Source of the DNA: Vicinamibacterales bacterium
GTDB lineage: Bacteria > Acidobacteriota > Vicinamibacteria > Vicinamibacterales > CAVVIG01
Assembly: GCA_046331345.1 (NCBI GenBank)
Contig: JAXLRA010000006.1
Span: forward strand, 623,614 to 687,613
Length of the DNA stretch: 64,000 nucleotides
Reading direction: 5' to 3'
Below, piece by piece: positions 51,398 to 60,375 of the stretch; position 1 is the first letter of the stretch; every line of letters begins with the position of its first letter. The notes under the pieces were generated by a model, which was not told where the DNA came from, searched no databases, and saw only the letters and a program-made list of their open reading frames with translations. The position numbers and the translations under genes are program-made.

Positions 51398-52020
51398 CAG
51401 GCTCCCGGCTTGGCGGCCGTCGTCGTGTTGCCGCCCGGGTGAGCCGACTTCAGGCTGTCCAGGGCGCGCTTCGCGGCCTGCCCTTCGGGACCGTTGGGGT
51501 CGATCTGAATGACCTGCTGCCAGGCCTGTTCGGCCCCCGCCAGGTCCTGCTTGCCGAAGGCCCGGACAATCCCCTGATTCAGGAGTGTCTTGGTGTGCTT
51601 CGGATCGATCTTCAGCGACTCCTCGAACTGGGCCAGCGCCTGATCGGGCTGGTTGGTGTAGTAGTAGCTCACGCCAAGGTCGGTGCTGACGTTGACGTCC
51701 TTCGGGTTCAGCTTGAAGGCTTCGCCGTACCACTTGATGGCGTCGGCGTAGCGCTCTGAGTCGAAGTAGAGGTTCCCCAGGTCGATGCGGGGCTGCGGGT
51801 TCGTGGGCTGTTGCTGGGCCACCGAACTCAGCGCGTTGACCTTGTTCTGGTCCAGCACCGGCGCCGTGGGCGCGGCCGCTGCCGGCGCCGAGGCCGGGGC
51901 TGATGCAGCAACAGGCGCTGCGCCCCCGCGCATGACCGCCTGCTGGCTCCCAATCACCCAGCCGGACAGCAGCCCGAAGACCACACCGGCAATACCTACA
52001 GCAATCGCGTCAGGTCTCAT
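51397..52020 (-). CDS. membrane-anchored tetratricopeptide-repeat (TPR) protein
   Basis: An N-terminal transmembrane segment and an Ala/Pro linker are followed by TPR-like repeats (LGNLYFDSERYADAIKWYGEAFKLNPKDVN...). Confidence 0.75.
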   Translation of the reverse strand: MRPDAIAVGIAGVVFGLLSGWVIGSQQAVMRGGAAPVAASAPASAPAAAAPTAPVLDQNKVNALSSVAQQQPTNPQPRIDLGNLYFDSERYADAIKWYGEAFKLNPKDVNVSTDLGVSYYYTNQPDQALAQFEESLKIDPKHTKTLLNQGIVRAFGKQDLAGAEQAWQQVIQIDPNGPEGQAAKRALDSLKSAHPGGNTTTAAKPGA

Positions 52021-52071
52021 GGATATCGTGTCCGATCATACCGGGATCGGCCCGAATCGGTACCCCTGCGC

Positions 52072-53124
52072 CTACCGCACCCGGTACACCGACTCCTTCG
52101 GGAAGTTCGTGCCGGAGATGTACTGGCGCATGTCGGCGGCCAGCTGCTTCCCTTTCGCGAGCATCACCCAGTGGTCGTCGTCGGGGTAGAGCTTCACGCT
52201 GAGGTTCGGCACCAGCTTGTCGAGACCGCTGAGGTGACCGGGCAGGATGGCCGTGTCCTTCAGGCCCCAGATGACCAACGTCGGTGTCTGGATGATCTGC
52301 GCCTTGGCCCCCTTCGTCATCGCCGCCGCGGACCAGGAAGAGGGGATGGTGGACGCAGGATGCAGGTCGTTGAAGGGCGGATTCCGGTGGTTCGCACGGT
52401 AGTAGCTGAGTCCGGCGGTGGTGGACCCGGGCTGCGACCAGGCATCGACCCACATCTGCCGGTCGGCTTCCGTGTAGCGCCCGGCCTTCACCTCGGCGTC
52501 GACGAACCCGGTGTGCGCCCGGCGCGTGCCGCTCTCGACCGTGTCCACCTCGTCCACCGGCTTCTCCCCCGGAGCGAGGAACTTGTTGAAGACGAAGAAG
52601 TAGTTGCTGGCGTAGCGCTGCGCCGGGTTCTCGCGCAGCTCGCGTTCGGAGAGCACCGGATGCGCGCCGTTCACGATGATCAGCTTCTCCAGCAGTTCCG
52701 GGTGGTACATGGCGAACACCCAGGCCACGTTGGCGCCCCAGTCGTGGCCGACGAGAATGAACTTCCTGCCAGGGTTGATCTTCTCGACGAACGCACGGAC
52801 GTCCTCGATGAGGTGCGGCATCTCGTACGGTTCGAGCCCGGTCGGACGGGACGAGAGGTTGTAGCCGCGCATGTCCAGGCCGACCGCGTGATGGTCCTTG
52901 CCCATCTCGAGCATCTGGTCCTTCCACTGGTACCAGAACGACGGGTAGCCGTGAAGGAACAGCACGAGCGGCCCCTGGCCCACACTCGCGTAATGCAGAC
53001 GCTGGCCGTTCACGTCGGCGTAGTGATCCTCGAAGGGGGCGGGCGCCGGAGCGCTGAAGGCGGGCGTCGCCGCGGTCAGGAGGGCCGCGGCACCGCAGAG
53101 GGCCAGGAAGCAGAGTCGTCTCAT
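52072..53124 (-). CDS. secreted alpha/beta hydrolase (epoxide-hydrolase-like)
   Basis: It has a signal peptide, then LFLHGYPSFWYQW and the nucleophile elbow LVGHDWGA. Confidence 0.85.
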   Translation of the reverse strand: MRRLCFLALCGAAALLTAATPAFSAPAPAPFEDHYADVNGQRLHYASVGQGPLVLFLHGYPSFWYQWKDQMLEMGKDHHAVGLDMRGYNLSSRPTGLEPYEMPHLIEDVRAFVEKINPGRKFILVGHDWGANVAWVFAMYHPELLEKLIIVNGAHPVLSERELRENPAQRYASNYFFVFNKFLAPGEKPVDEVDTVESGTRRAHTGFVDAEVKAGRYTEADRQMWVDAWSQPGSTTAGLSYYRANHRNPPFNDLHPASTIPSSWSAAAMTKGAKAQIIQTPTLVIWGLKDTAILPGHLSGLDKLVPNLSVKLYPDDDHWVMLAKGKQLAADMRQYISGTNFPKESVYRVR

Positions 53125-53136
53125 CGTGATGTTGTC

Positions 53137-54486
53137 CTAGACCGCTTTCACGGCGGTCGCAATGTTGTCGAGCGCCTTCCTCAGCATGGCGCGGCTGGTT
53201 GCGCAGTTCATGCGCATGCGTTCCTCACCGCCGGTGCCGAATGGCGCCCCGGCATTCAGCTGCACGCGCGCGTGGTCGATGAACCACTGCTGCATGATGT
53301 TGGACGGCTTGAGGGGAGCCAGCGCGGCATCGCGCGTCCTGTTCTGTTCCGCCGCTGTCCGCCGCGCCCCGACCTTCTCGACCAGCCCGCTCACGTCCAG
53401 CCAGGCCAGGTAGGTGCCCTGCGGCTTCACCATCGTCACGAGCGGCGGGACGTTCTTCCGCATGTACTCGTCGACGAACGTCAGGTTGGCATCGATGTAG
53501 GTGCGCAGCTGATCGAGCCACGCGTCGCCCTCGGTGTACGCCGTTCGGTGGGCCACCATGCCGAGCGTCGAGATCTCATCCCGATGCCACTTCAGCACGC
53601 GCGCCTTGTAGTCCGGGTTCGTCGTGAAGAAGTACGCGCACTTGGTCCCGATCAGGTTGAACGACTTGCTGGCGGACTTGAAGGTGATGCTGTTGCGGAC
53701 GACCGCCTCGTTCGGCAGGCTGGCGAACGGCGTGTAGGTGCTGCCCGCGTGGACGAAGTCGCAGTGGATCTCGTCGGCCAGCACGACGACCCGGTGCTTC
53801 AGGCAGATCTCCCCGAGTGTCAGGAGGTCCTGCTTCGACCACACGTTGCCCGTCGGGTTCTGCGGATTGCACAGGATGAGCGTGTTCGTATCGTGCGCGA
53901 TGGTCCGCTCGAGCGCCTCGAAGTCCATCGAATAGCGGCCGTCCCTCAGGGTGAACGGCACGTCCGCCGGCGTGCAGCCGACGACGCGGATGTCGCTGTA
54001 GAACCCGCTGTACGACGGGCTCGGCATCAGCACGCGCGTGCCTGCCGGCGAGAAGGCGCGCAGCGCGGCGATGATGGCCGGATGCGCCGCCGGCGAGTGG
54101 ACGACGGTCTTCGGGTCGATGTCGAGTCCGTACCGCCGCTTGTTCCACGCGACGATCGCCTCGGTATGCGACTGGGGCGTCGTCATGTAGCCCATGTTGT
54201 CCCGCTGGATGCGGTCCACGAGCGCCTTCGTGATGAACGGCGCCAGGGCAAAGTCCATGTCGGCGATCCCCATGCCGACATCCATGTGCTCCTTGCCATA
54301 CACGCGGATCTGTTCGTCCCACTTCGTCGAGTCGATGCCGACCCGGCTGGGCAGCGTGTCGAAGTCGTACGTGGTCGCGTCAGGAGCGCCACCGGCCGCG
54401 AAGGCCGACGCGGGCAGTGCGGGCGCGAGCGCGGAACCTAGGGTCAGGCCGGCGTTGCGAAGAAAGGTCCTGCGATCCTGTGACAT
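53137..54486 (-). CDS. PLP-dependent class I/II aminotransferase-fold C-S lyase (MalY/PatB-like) with a Tat-type signal
   Basis: ORF trimmed to ATG 54486. The sequence is MSQDRRTFLRNAGLTLGSALAPALPASAFAA, with the PLP Lys context FKSASKSFNLIG. Confidence 0.8.
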   Translation of the reverse strand: MSQDRRTFLRNAGLTLGSALAPALPASAFAAGGAPDATTYDFDTLPSRVGIDSTKWDEQIRVYGKEHMDVGMGIADMDFALAPFITKALVDRIQRDNMGYMTTPQSHTEAIVAWNKRRYGLDIDPKTVVHSPAAHPAIIAALRAFSPAGTRVLMPSPSYSGFYSDIRVVGCTPADVPFTLRDGRYSMDFEALERTIAHDTNTLILCNPQNPTGNVWSKQDLLTLGEICLKHRVVVLADEIHCDFVHAGSTYTPFASLPNEAVVRNSITFKSASKSFNLIGTKCAYFFTTNPDYKARVLKWHRDEISTLGMVAHRTAYTEGDAWLDQLRTYIDANLTFVDEYMRKNVPPLVTMVKPQGTYLAWLDVSGLVEKVGARRTAAEQNRTRDAALAPLKPSNIMQQWFIDHARVQLNAGAPFGTGGEERMRMNCATSRAMLRKALDNIATAVKAV

Positions 54487-54641
54487 GGCTGCTCCCCCAC
54501 CAGGCTGGTGAAAGCGGTTGCAATCGCGCAATCCTAAACCCAATCCGGCCGTCCTGGCGGGAAGTTTGTTCCACGCCCGCGCCGCCCGGACCGCGCGACG
54601 GGCACCGGGTGATCCGTTTGACAGCCGGACGCCGCAGGGCA

Positions 54642-56048
54642 ATGATGCGCGCCATGACGCCCCACGGACGCGCTTGTGCCCGCAGCGTGGTCGCCGCCCT
54701 CCTGGCTTCCGTCTCGCTCCTCGCCCAGAATCCGCGCGACGTGCATCATCCCGGCCCCGAACCCTTCACCATGCGGGTGCTCGCCAGCGGACTCGGCAAT
54801 CCGTGGGAGATGACCTGGGGCCCGGACGGCTTCCTGTGGGTCACCGAGCGCACCCGGTTCACGGTCATCCGCATCAACCCGGCCGACGGCAGCCGCGAGG
54901 TGGCCCTGACGATCGACGATGCGTATCAGGAGGTCGACCAGGACGGCGTGCTCGGCCTGGCGCTCCACCCCGATCTGCTCCAGGGACGCGGCCACGACTG
55001 GGTGTATGTCGCGTACGTCTACGACGGGAACCCGGGGCCGGCGGTCGAGCGGCACCTTCGCGTCCGGCGCTGGACGTGGGACGCCACGCGGAAGACGCTC
55101 GGCGCCTCGCAGACCGTGCTCGAGAACCTGCCCGCGCACAACGACCACGGCGGCGGACGCCTGGTGTTCGGTCCCGACGGCATGCTCTATCTGTCGCGCG
55201 GCGACCAGGGAAGCAACTTCCTCGCGAACTTCTGCAATCCGAACCGTGCCCAGGATCTGCCCTCGGCGAGCGACGTGGCTGCCCGGAACTGGGCCACGTA
55301 CCAGGGCAAGATCCTGCGCCTGAACCCGGACGGGTCCATTCCGCCGGACAATCCGGTCCTGAACGGGGTGCGCAGCCACATCTTCACCGTCGGCCATCGC
55401 AATCCGCAGGGGCTCGTCTTCTCGCGCGACGGGCGGCTGTACGAAGCGGAGCACGGCCCGAGTTCGGACGACGAGGTGAACCTGATCGAGAGCGGGCGGA
55501 ACTACGGCTGGCCGGAGGTGGCGGGGTTCAGGGATGATCGCGGCTACGTCTATGCCAACTGGTCGGCATCCTCTCCGACGCCCTGCGCGGAGCTGCGGTT
55601 CAACAACCTGAACCCGCCCGCGTCGGTGCCACAGCAGAAGGAGTCGGCCTGGAACGAGCCGCGGTTCATGCCGCCGCTGGCCACGTTCTTCACCGTGCCG
55701 CCCGGCTACGACTTCGCGAAGAACAGCACGGCCACGATTGGCCCGGGCGGGATCGATCTGTACACGTCCCCCGCGATCCCGGGCTGGGACCGATCCCTGC
55801 TCATCGCGGCCATGCGGGCCGGCGCGGTCTACCGAGTGAAACTGGCGGCCGATGGCCGGAGCGTCACCGGCGACCCGGTTGAGTACTTCAAGTCCAACAA
55901 CCGCTATCGTGACCTGGCCATCAGCCCGGACGGGAGGCGCATCTTCGTCAGTACCGACGATCACGGCACGACGCAGACGGCCGAGGCGACGCGGACCAGC
56001 ACGCTCACGAACCCCGGGGCCATCCTCGAGTTCACGTATACGCCGTAG
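54642..56048 (+). CDS. PQQ-dependent soluble sugar dehydrogenase (glucose/sorbosone dehydrogenase family)
   Basis: ORF trimmed to ATG 54642, which gives a signal peptide. It reads GLGNPWEMTWGPDG...GLALHPD...HNDHGGGRLVFGPDGMLYLSRGD...VGHRNPQGL. Confidence 0.85.
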   Translation: MMRAMTPHGRACARSVVAALLASVSLLAQNPRDVHHPGPEPFTMRVLASGLGNPWEMTWGPDGFLWVTERTRFTVIRINPADGSREVALTIDDAYQEVDQDGVLGLALHPDLLQGRGHDWVYVAYVYDGNPGPAVERHLRVRRWTWDATRKTLGASQTVLENLPAHNDHGGGRLVFGPDGMLYLSRGDQGSNFLANFCNPNRAQDLPSASDVAARNWATYQGKILRLNPDGSIPPDNPVLNGVRSHIFTVGHRNPQGLVFSRDGRLYEAEHGPSSDDEVNLIESGRNYGWPEVAGFRDDRGYVYANWSASSPTPCAELRFNNLNPPASVPQQKESAWNEPRFMPPLATFFTVPPGYDFAKNSTATIGPGGIDLYTSPAIPGWDRSLLIAAMRAGAVYRVKLAADGRSVTGDPVEYFKSNNRYRDLAISPDGRRIFVSTDDHGTTQTAEATRTSTLTNPGAILEFTYTP

Positions 56049-56112
56049 GTGCCTCGGACGCCCCACGGCCGACGAGGCTCCGGAATCCGCTGAATCGAAA
56101 GCGAGCAGACAG

Positions 56113-57171
56113 ATGTCAGTACGGTCGATGCACCGGCGTTCGTTCCTCACCGCAACGCTCGGCACAATTGCTGGAGCGGCAACGCTCAGGGCACAGGCGC
56201 AGGTGGCGCAGCAACCGTCGCCGCAGGCCACACCGCGCGACTGGTCCGGCCAGAACCCGGTCCAGTATCCCGACCCGGACATCGTTGCGCTCGATCCCCG
56301 CTTCAACCGCTACATCATCCGCAACACGCCGATCAGGCGGCTGCACACGGGCACGCTGTGGGCGGAGGGGCCGGCGTGGAACGGCGTGGGCCGGTATCTC
56401 GTGTGGAGCGACATCCCGAACAACGTGCAGATGCGCTATCTCGAGGAAGACGGCCATGTGAGCGTCGTCCGCTCTCCCTCGGGTTACAGCAACGGCAACA
56501 CGTTCGACTTCCAGGGCCGCCAGCTCTCGAGTGAGCACGGTGGCCGCCGTGTCGTGCGCTACGAGCCCAACGGCACCACGACCGTGATTGCCGACCGGTT
56601 CGAGGGCAAGCGGCTCAACTCGCCGAACGATGTCGTCGTGCACCCCGATGGGTCCGTCTGGTTCACCGATCCGATGTACGGCATCAACGGCAACTACGAG
56701 GGGTTCAAGGCCGAGTCCGAACTGCCGGTGGCCGTGTACCGCGTCGACCCGCAGAACGCCCAGGTGGTGAAGGTGACCGACGAGTTCGGCGGGCCCAATG
56801 GCCTGTGCTTCTCGCCGGACTACAAGCTGCTCTACATCGCGGACACGGGAGGCCCGCGCGAGATCAAGGTGTTCGACGTCGAGGGTCGCGCCCTGCGGCG
56901 AGGACGGACGTTTGCCAGGCTCGATTCCCAGGCGTTCGGCCCGGCCGCCGGCGACGGCATCCGGTGCGATGCCGACGGCAACATCTGGGCGGGCGCCCGC
57001 CCGGGCGTCCAGGTGGTGGCGCCCTCAGGGGAGCGCATCGGCGTGATTCGCCTGCCCGAGAACTGCGCGAACGTCTGCTTTGGCGGGACGAAGCGCAATC
57101 GCCTGTTCATGACGGCCAGCCAGTCGCTCTACGCGGTCTACGTGAACGTCACGGGCGCGCATATCGCGTAA
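56113..57171 (+). CDS. SMP-30/gluconolactonase/LRE-family protein with a Tat-type signal
   Basis: ORF trimmed to ATG 56113 (MSVRSMHRRSFLTATLG). It reads EGPAWNG...LVWSDIPNN...NSPNDVVVHPDGSVWFTDP...PNGLCFSPD. Confidence 0.88.
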   Translation: MSVRSMHRRSFLTATLGTIAGAATLRAQAQVAQQPSPQATPRDWSGQNPVQYPDPDIVALDPRFNRYIIRNTPIRRLHTGTLWAEGPAWNGVGRYLVWSDIPNNVQMRYLEEDGHVSVVRSPSGYSNGNTFDFQGRQLSSEHGGRRVVRYEPNGTTTVIADRFEGKRLNSPNDVVVHPDGSVWFTDPMYGINGNYEGFKAESELPVAVYRVDPQNAQVVKVTDEFGGPNGLCFSPDYKLLYIADTGGPREIKVFDVEGRALRRGRTFARLDSQAFGPAAGDGIRCDADGNIWAGARPGVQVVAPSGERIGVIRLPENCANVCFGGTKRNRLFMTASQSLYAVYVNVTGAHIA

Positions 57172-57223
57172 AGCAAGCCATCGCTCTCCCTAAATCCAGT
57201 GATATCGCGAACCAGCGAGCTGG

Positions 57224-59576
57224 GTGAGAATCGGCGCCGTGATCCCGACTCGCGCCCGATGGCTGACTCCCCTGCTGTGTCTGGCCGTGCTGACGGCGGC
57301 ACCGCCTTCCGCGGGCGCGCAGACGGCGAGGCCGGCCGGCCCCGCCGGGACCGATGCCGACCCTCCAGTGCCGGTCGCTCCCCAGTCCATTTCGCGCGCG
57401 GGGACAACGGCCGCGTGGTGGTGCGCGCGATCCGGCTGACACAGCCGCTGCGCGTGGACGGCCGCCTCGATGACAGTGTGTACGCCGAGAACGAGCCCGC
57501 CGGCGGCTTCATCCAGGCGACCCCGGCGAACGGCCAGCCGGCCAGCGAGCGCACCGAGGCCTGGGTGATGTTCGACGACCGGTTCATCTACATCACCGGC
57601 AAGTGCTACGACTCGGCGCCGCCGGACAAGTGGACCGCCAACGAGCTGCGGCGCGACACCAACCAGCTTCGACAGAACGACATGTTCGGCGTGCTGATCG
57701 ACACGTTCCACGATCGGCGGAACGGCTACAACTTCTACGCGAACCCGCTCGGCGGGTTCACCGACCAGGCGGTGACGGACGAGGGCAACCCGAACCCGGA
57801 CTGGAACCCGGTGTGGGAAGTGCGGACCGGCCGGTTCGACGGAGGCTGGATCGTCGAAATGGCCATCCCCTTCAAGTCGATCCGCTACAACGCCGGCACC
57901 AACCAGACGTGGGGGCTCCAGCTGCGGCGGGCGATCCGGCGCAAGAACGAGTGGACCCACCTCACCGCGCTGCCAGCGGCCAATGCCGGCTCGTCCAGCG
58001 TCTTCCGCGTGTCGCGCGCCGCATCCCTGGTGGGACTGGACCTGCCGGCGGTCAGCCGGAACGTGGAATTGAAACCATATGGCATCTCCAGGCTGACGAC
58101 CGACCACGTCCGGACCCCGGCGGTATCGAACGATCCGGAGGGCACGGCCGGACTCGATGCCAAGTACGGCGTGACCGCGAACCTGACGGCGGACCTCACG
58201 GTGAACACCGACTTCGCCCAGGTGGAGGTCGACGAGCAGCAGGTGAACCTGACGCGCTTCAGCCTGCAGTTCCCGGAGAAGCGCGACTTCTTCCTCGAGG
58301 GACGGGGGATCTTCGACTTCGGACGCTCGGGAGCGGGCTCGGGCGGTTCAGCGGCGCTCGGCAACTCCAGCCCCAACAACGCAGCCCCGACGCTGTTCTA
58401 CAGCCGGCGGATCGGGCTGAATGCCGGCCGGGTCGTGCCGATCGACGTGGGCGGACGCCTGACCGGCAAAGCCGGCAAGTACACCATCGGCGCCCTGAAC
58501 CTGCAGGCGGGTGATGAAGCCGTCTCCGGCACGCCCTCCACGAACTTCACCGCGGTGCGCGTGAAGCGACGTGCCGCGGCGGAGCAGCACGGCGTCCTCG
58601 GCGACATCGCGCTCCCGCATCGGCGGTTCCGGGCGCCTCCAACCAGGCCGTCGGCGTGGACGGCGCGTTCTCGTTCTTCCAGGATCCCTACGCGGGCGGC
58701 TATTTCGCGCGGTCGATCACGCAGGGCCGCAACCAGGACAACGACAGCTACCAGGGCCGGGTCGACTACAACGCCGATCGCTACGGCATGAAGGTGGACT
58801 ACCTGGAAGGTCGGCGACAACTTCAACCCTGAAGTCGGCTTCGACGAGGCGCGACAACTTCAAGCGCTCATTCGCGTCGGCCGCTTCAGCCCGCGGCCGA
58901 AGGGACGCTCGCGGGTCCGCAAGTGGGCACTCGAAGGCACACTGGAATACCTGACCAACGGCGCGAGCCAGCTCGAGACACGCCAGCGCGGGCCAGGGCG
59001 GCGGTCGAGTTCCAGAACAGCGACATGTTCACCCTCGAGGCGAACAACAACTACGAACTGCTCCTCCGCCCATTCACGCGGTCGCCACAGGCGTGGCGGT
59101 GCCCGTCGGGGCTACCACTACAGCGACACCACCGTCTCGTACGCCTTCGGCCAGCAGCGGCGGATCTCCGGCACCGCCTCACCCAGGCCGGGCACTTCTA
59201 CAACGGCGACATCACCGCGGTGGGTTACAGCGGGGGCGCGTCGCGATCCTGAAGCAGTGGTCACTCGAGCCAAGCCTGTCGGTGAACCACATCACCCTGC
59301 CAGCCGGCGCCTTCACGACGACGGTGGTGCGCGCGCGCACCGATTACGGCTTCTCGCCGCGCATGTTCGCGAGCGCGCTCGTCCAGTACGCCTCGAGCGA
59401 CCACATCTTCAGCAGCAATCTCCGGTTCCGCTGGGAGTACCGGCCGGTAGCGAGTTCTTCGTGGTGTACACCGACGAACACACACCGTGCAGCACGGCTA
59501 CCTCGGCCTGCGCAATCGCGCGTTCGTCCTGAAAGTGAATCGGCTGCTGCGGTTCTGGATGGACGCGGCTGCGTGA
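57224..59576 (+). pseudogene. DUF5916 / carbohydrate-binding-family-9-like outer-membrane protein, heavily frameshifted in this sequence
   Basis: The signal peptide is in frame 57224 and the main body in frame 57199, up to about 58568. The family-like sequence then continues only by hopping frames about a dozen times, until TGA at 59574-59576 (...[12 protein letters not shown]...). Confidence 0.7.
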
Positions 59577-59593
59577 GCGTGGGAGGCCGGGGG

Positions 59594-60321
59594 CTAGTCA
59601 GCCAGGACGCGCAGGTACTCGCGGACGACGGCGTCGGCCCGACGAACAGCGCGCGGGAGATGAGCGCATGGCCGATCGACACCTCGTCGAGGTGCGGCAG
59701 GCTGCGGAAGAGCACCAGGTTGGCCAGGTCGAGATCGTGTCCGGCGTCTACGCCAAGCCCGCCTCGTGAGCCAGCGTGGCCGCAACCGAGTACTCCTCGA
59801 ACGAGGTCACCGCGGCTTCAGCCCCTTCGCAGTACGGGCGAACGGCATGCCTGGTGTAGAGCCGACGCGATCGGCACCGACCTGCCGCGCCAGCGCGATG
59901 GCGTCCGACACGGATATCGAAGAAGCTGACGCGGATGCCGGCCGCCTTCATGCCGGCGATGACCTCGGGCAACTGCTGTGCGCCAGCGACACGGGTCCAT
60001 CCGGCCTGGCTGGTGATCTCGCCGGGCACCACCGGCACGAGCGTGCACTGCTCGGGGCGGACGGCGTGCACCAGCTCGATGAAATCCGGCCGCGGGTCGG
60101 CTTCCATGTTGAGCTCGACACGCGGGCGCACGCCCTTCAGGTGCTCGGCGATGTCCAGCACGTCCCGCCGCGTGATGTGACGCCGTCCGCGCGGGAGCAC
60201 CGTGATCCCCGACGCCCGCCGCCAGGCAGACGTCGACGGCGTCCAGCACGCGCGGTTCGCGCCCACCCCGCGAGTTCCGCAGGGTCGCCACCTTGTTCAC
60301 GTTGACAGAGAGTCTTGCCAT
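59594..60321 (-). pseudogene. pdxJ: pyridoxine 5'-phosphate synthase, frameshifted in this sequence
   Basis: ATG 60321 gives [20 protein letters not shown]. The sequence continues in other frames as [19 protein letters not shown]..., ...[31 protein letters not shown] and ...[12 protein letters not shown]. At least 5 frame switches were traced by eye. Confidence 0.75.
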
Positions 60322-60375
60322 ATCGGGAGATGCTAAACCTGATTGCTCATCGTGCAACGAGCGCCCGACGACCGG

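Noticed and set aside
57199-57390. ATG/GTG at 57199 (MISRTSEL...) as the true start of the DUF5916-like gene
   Set aside because: That frame lacks a signal peptide. A convincing one (MRIGAVIPTRARWLTPLLCLAVLTAAPPSAGAQ) is in the adjacent frame from GTG 57224, which implies a frameshift near 57385.
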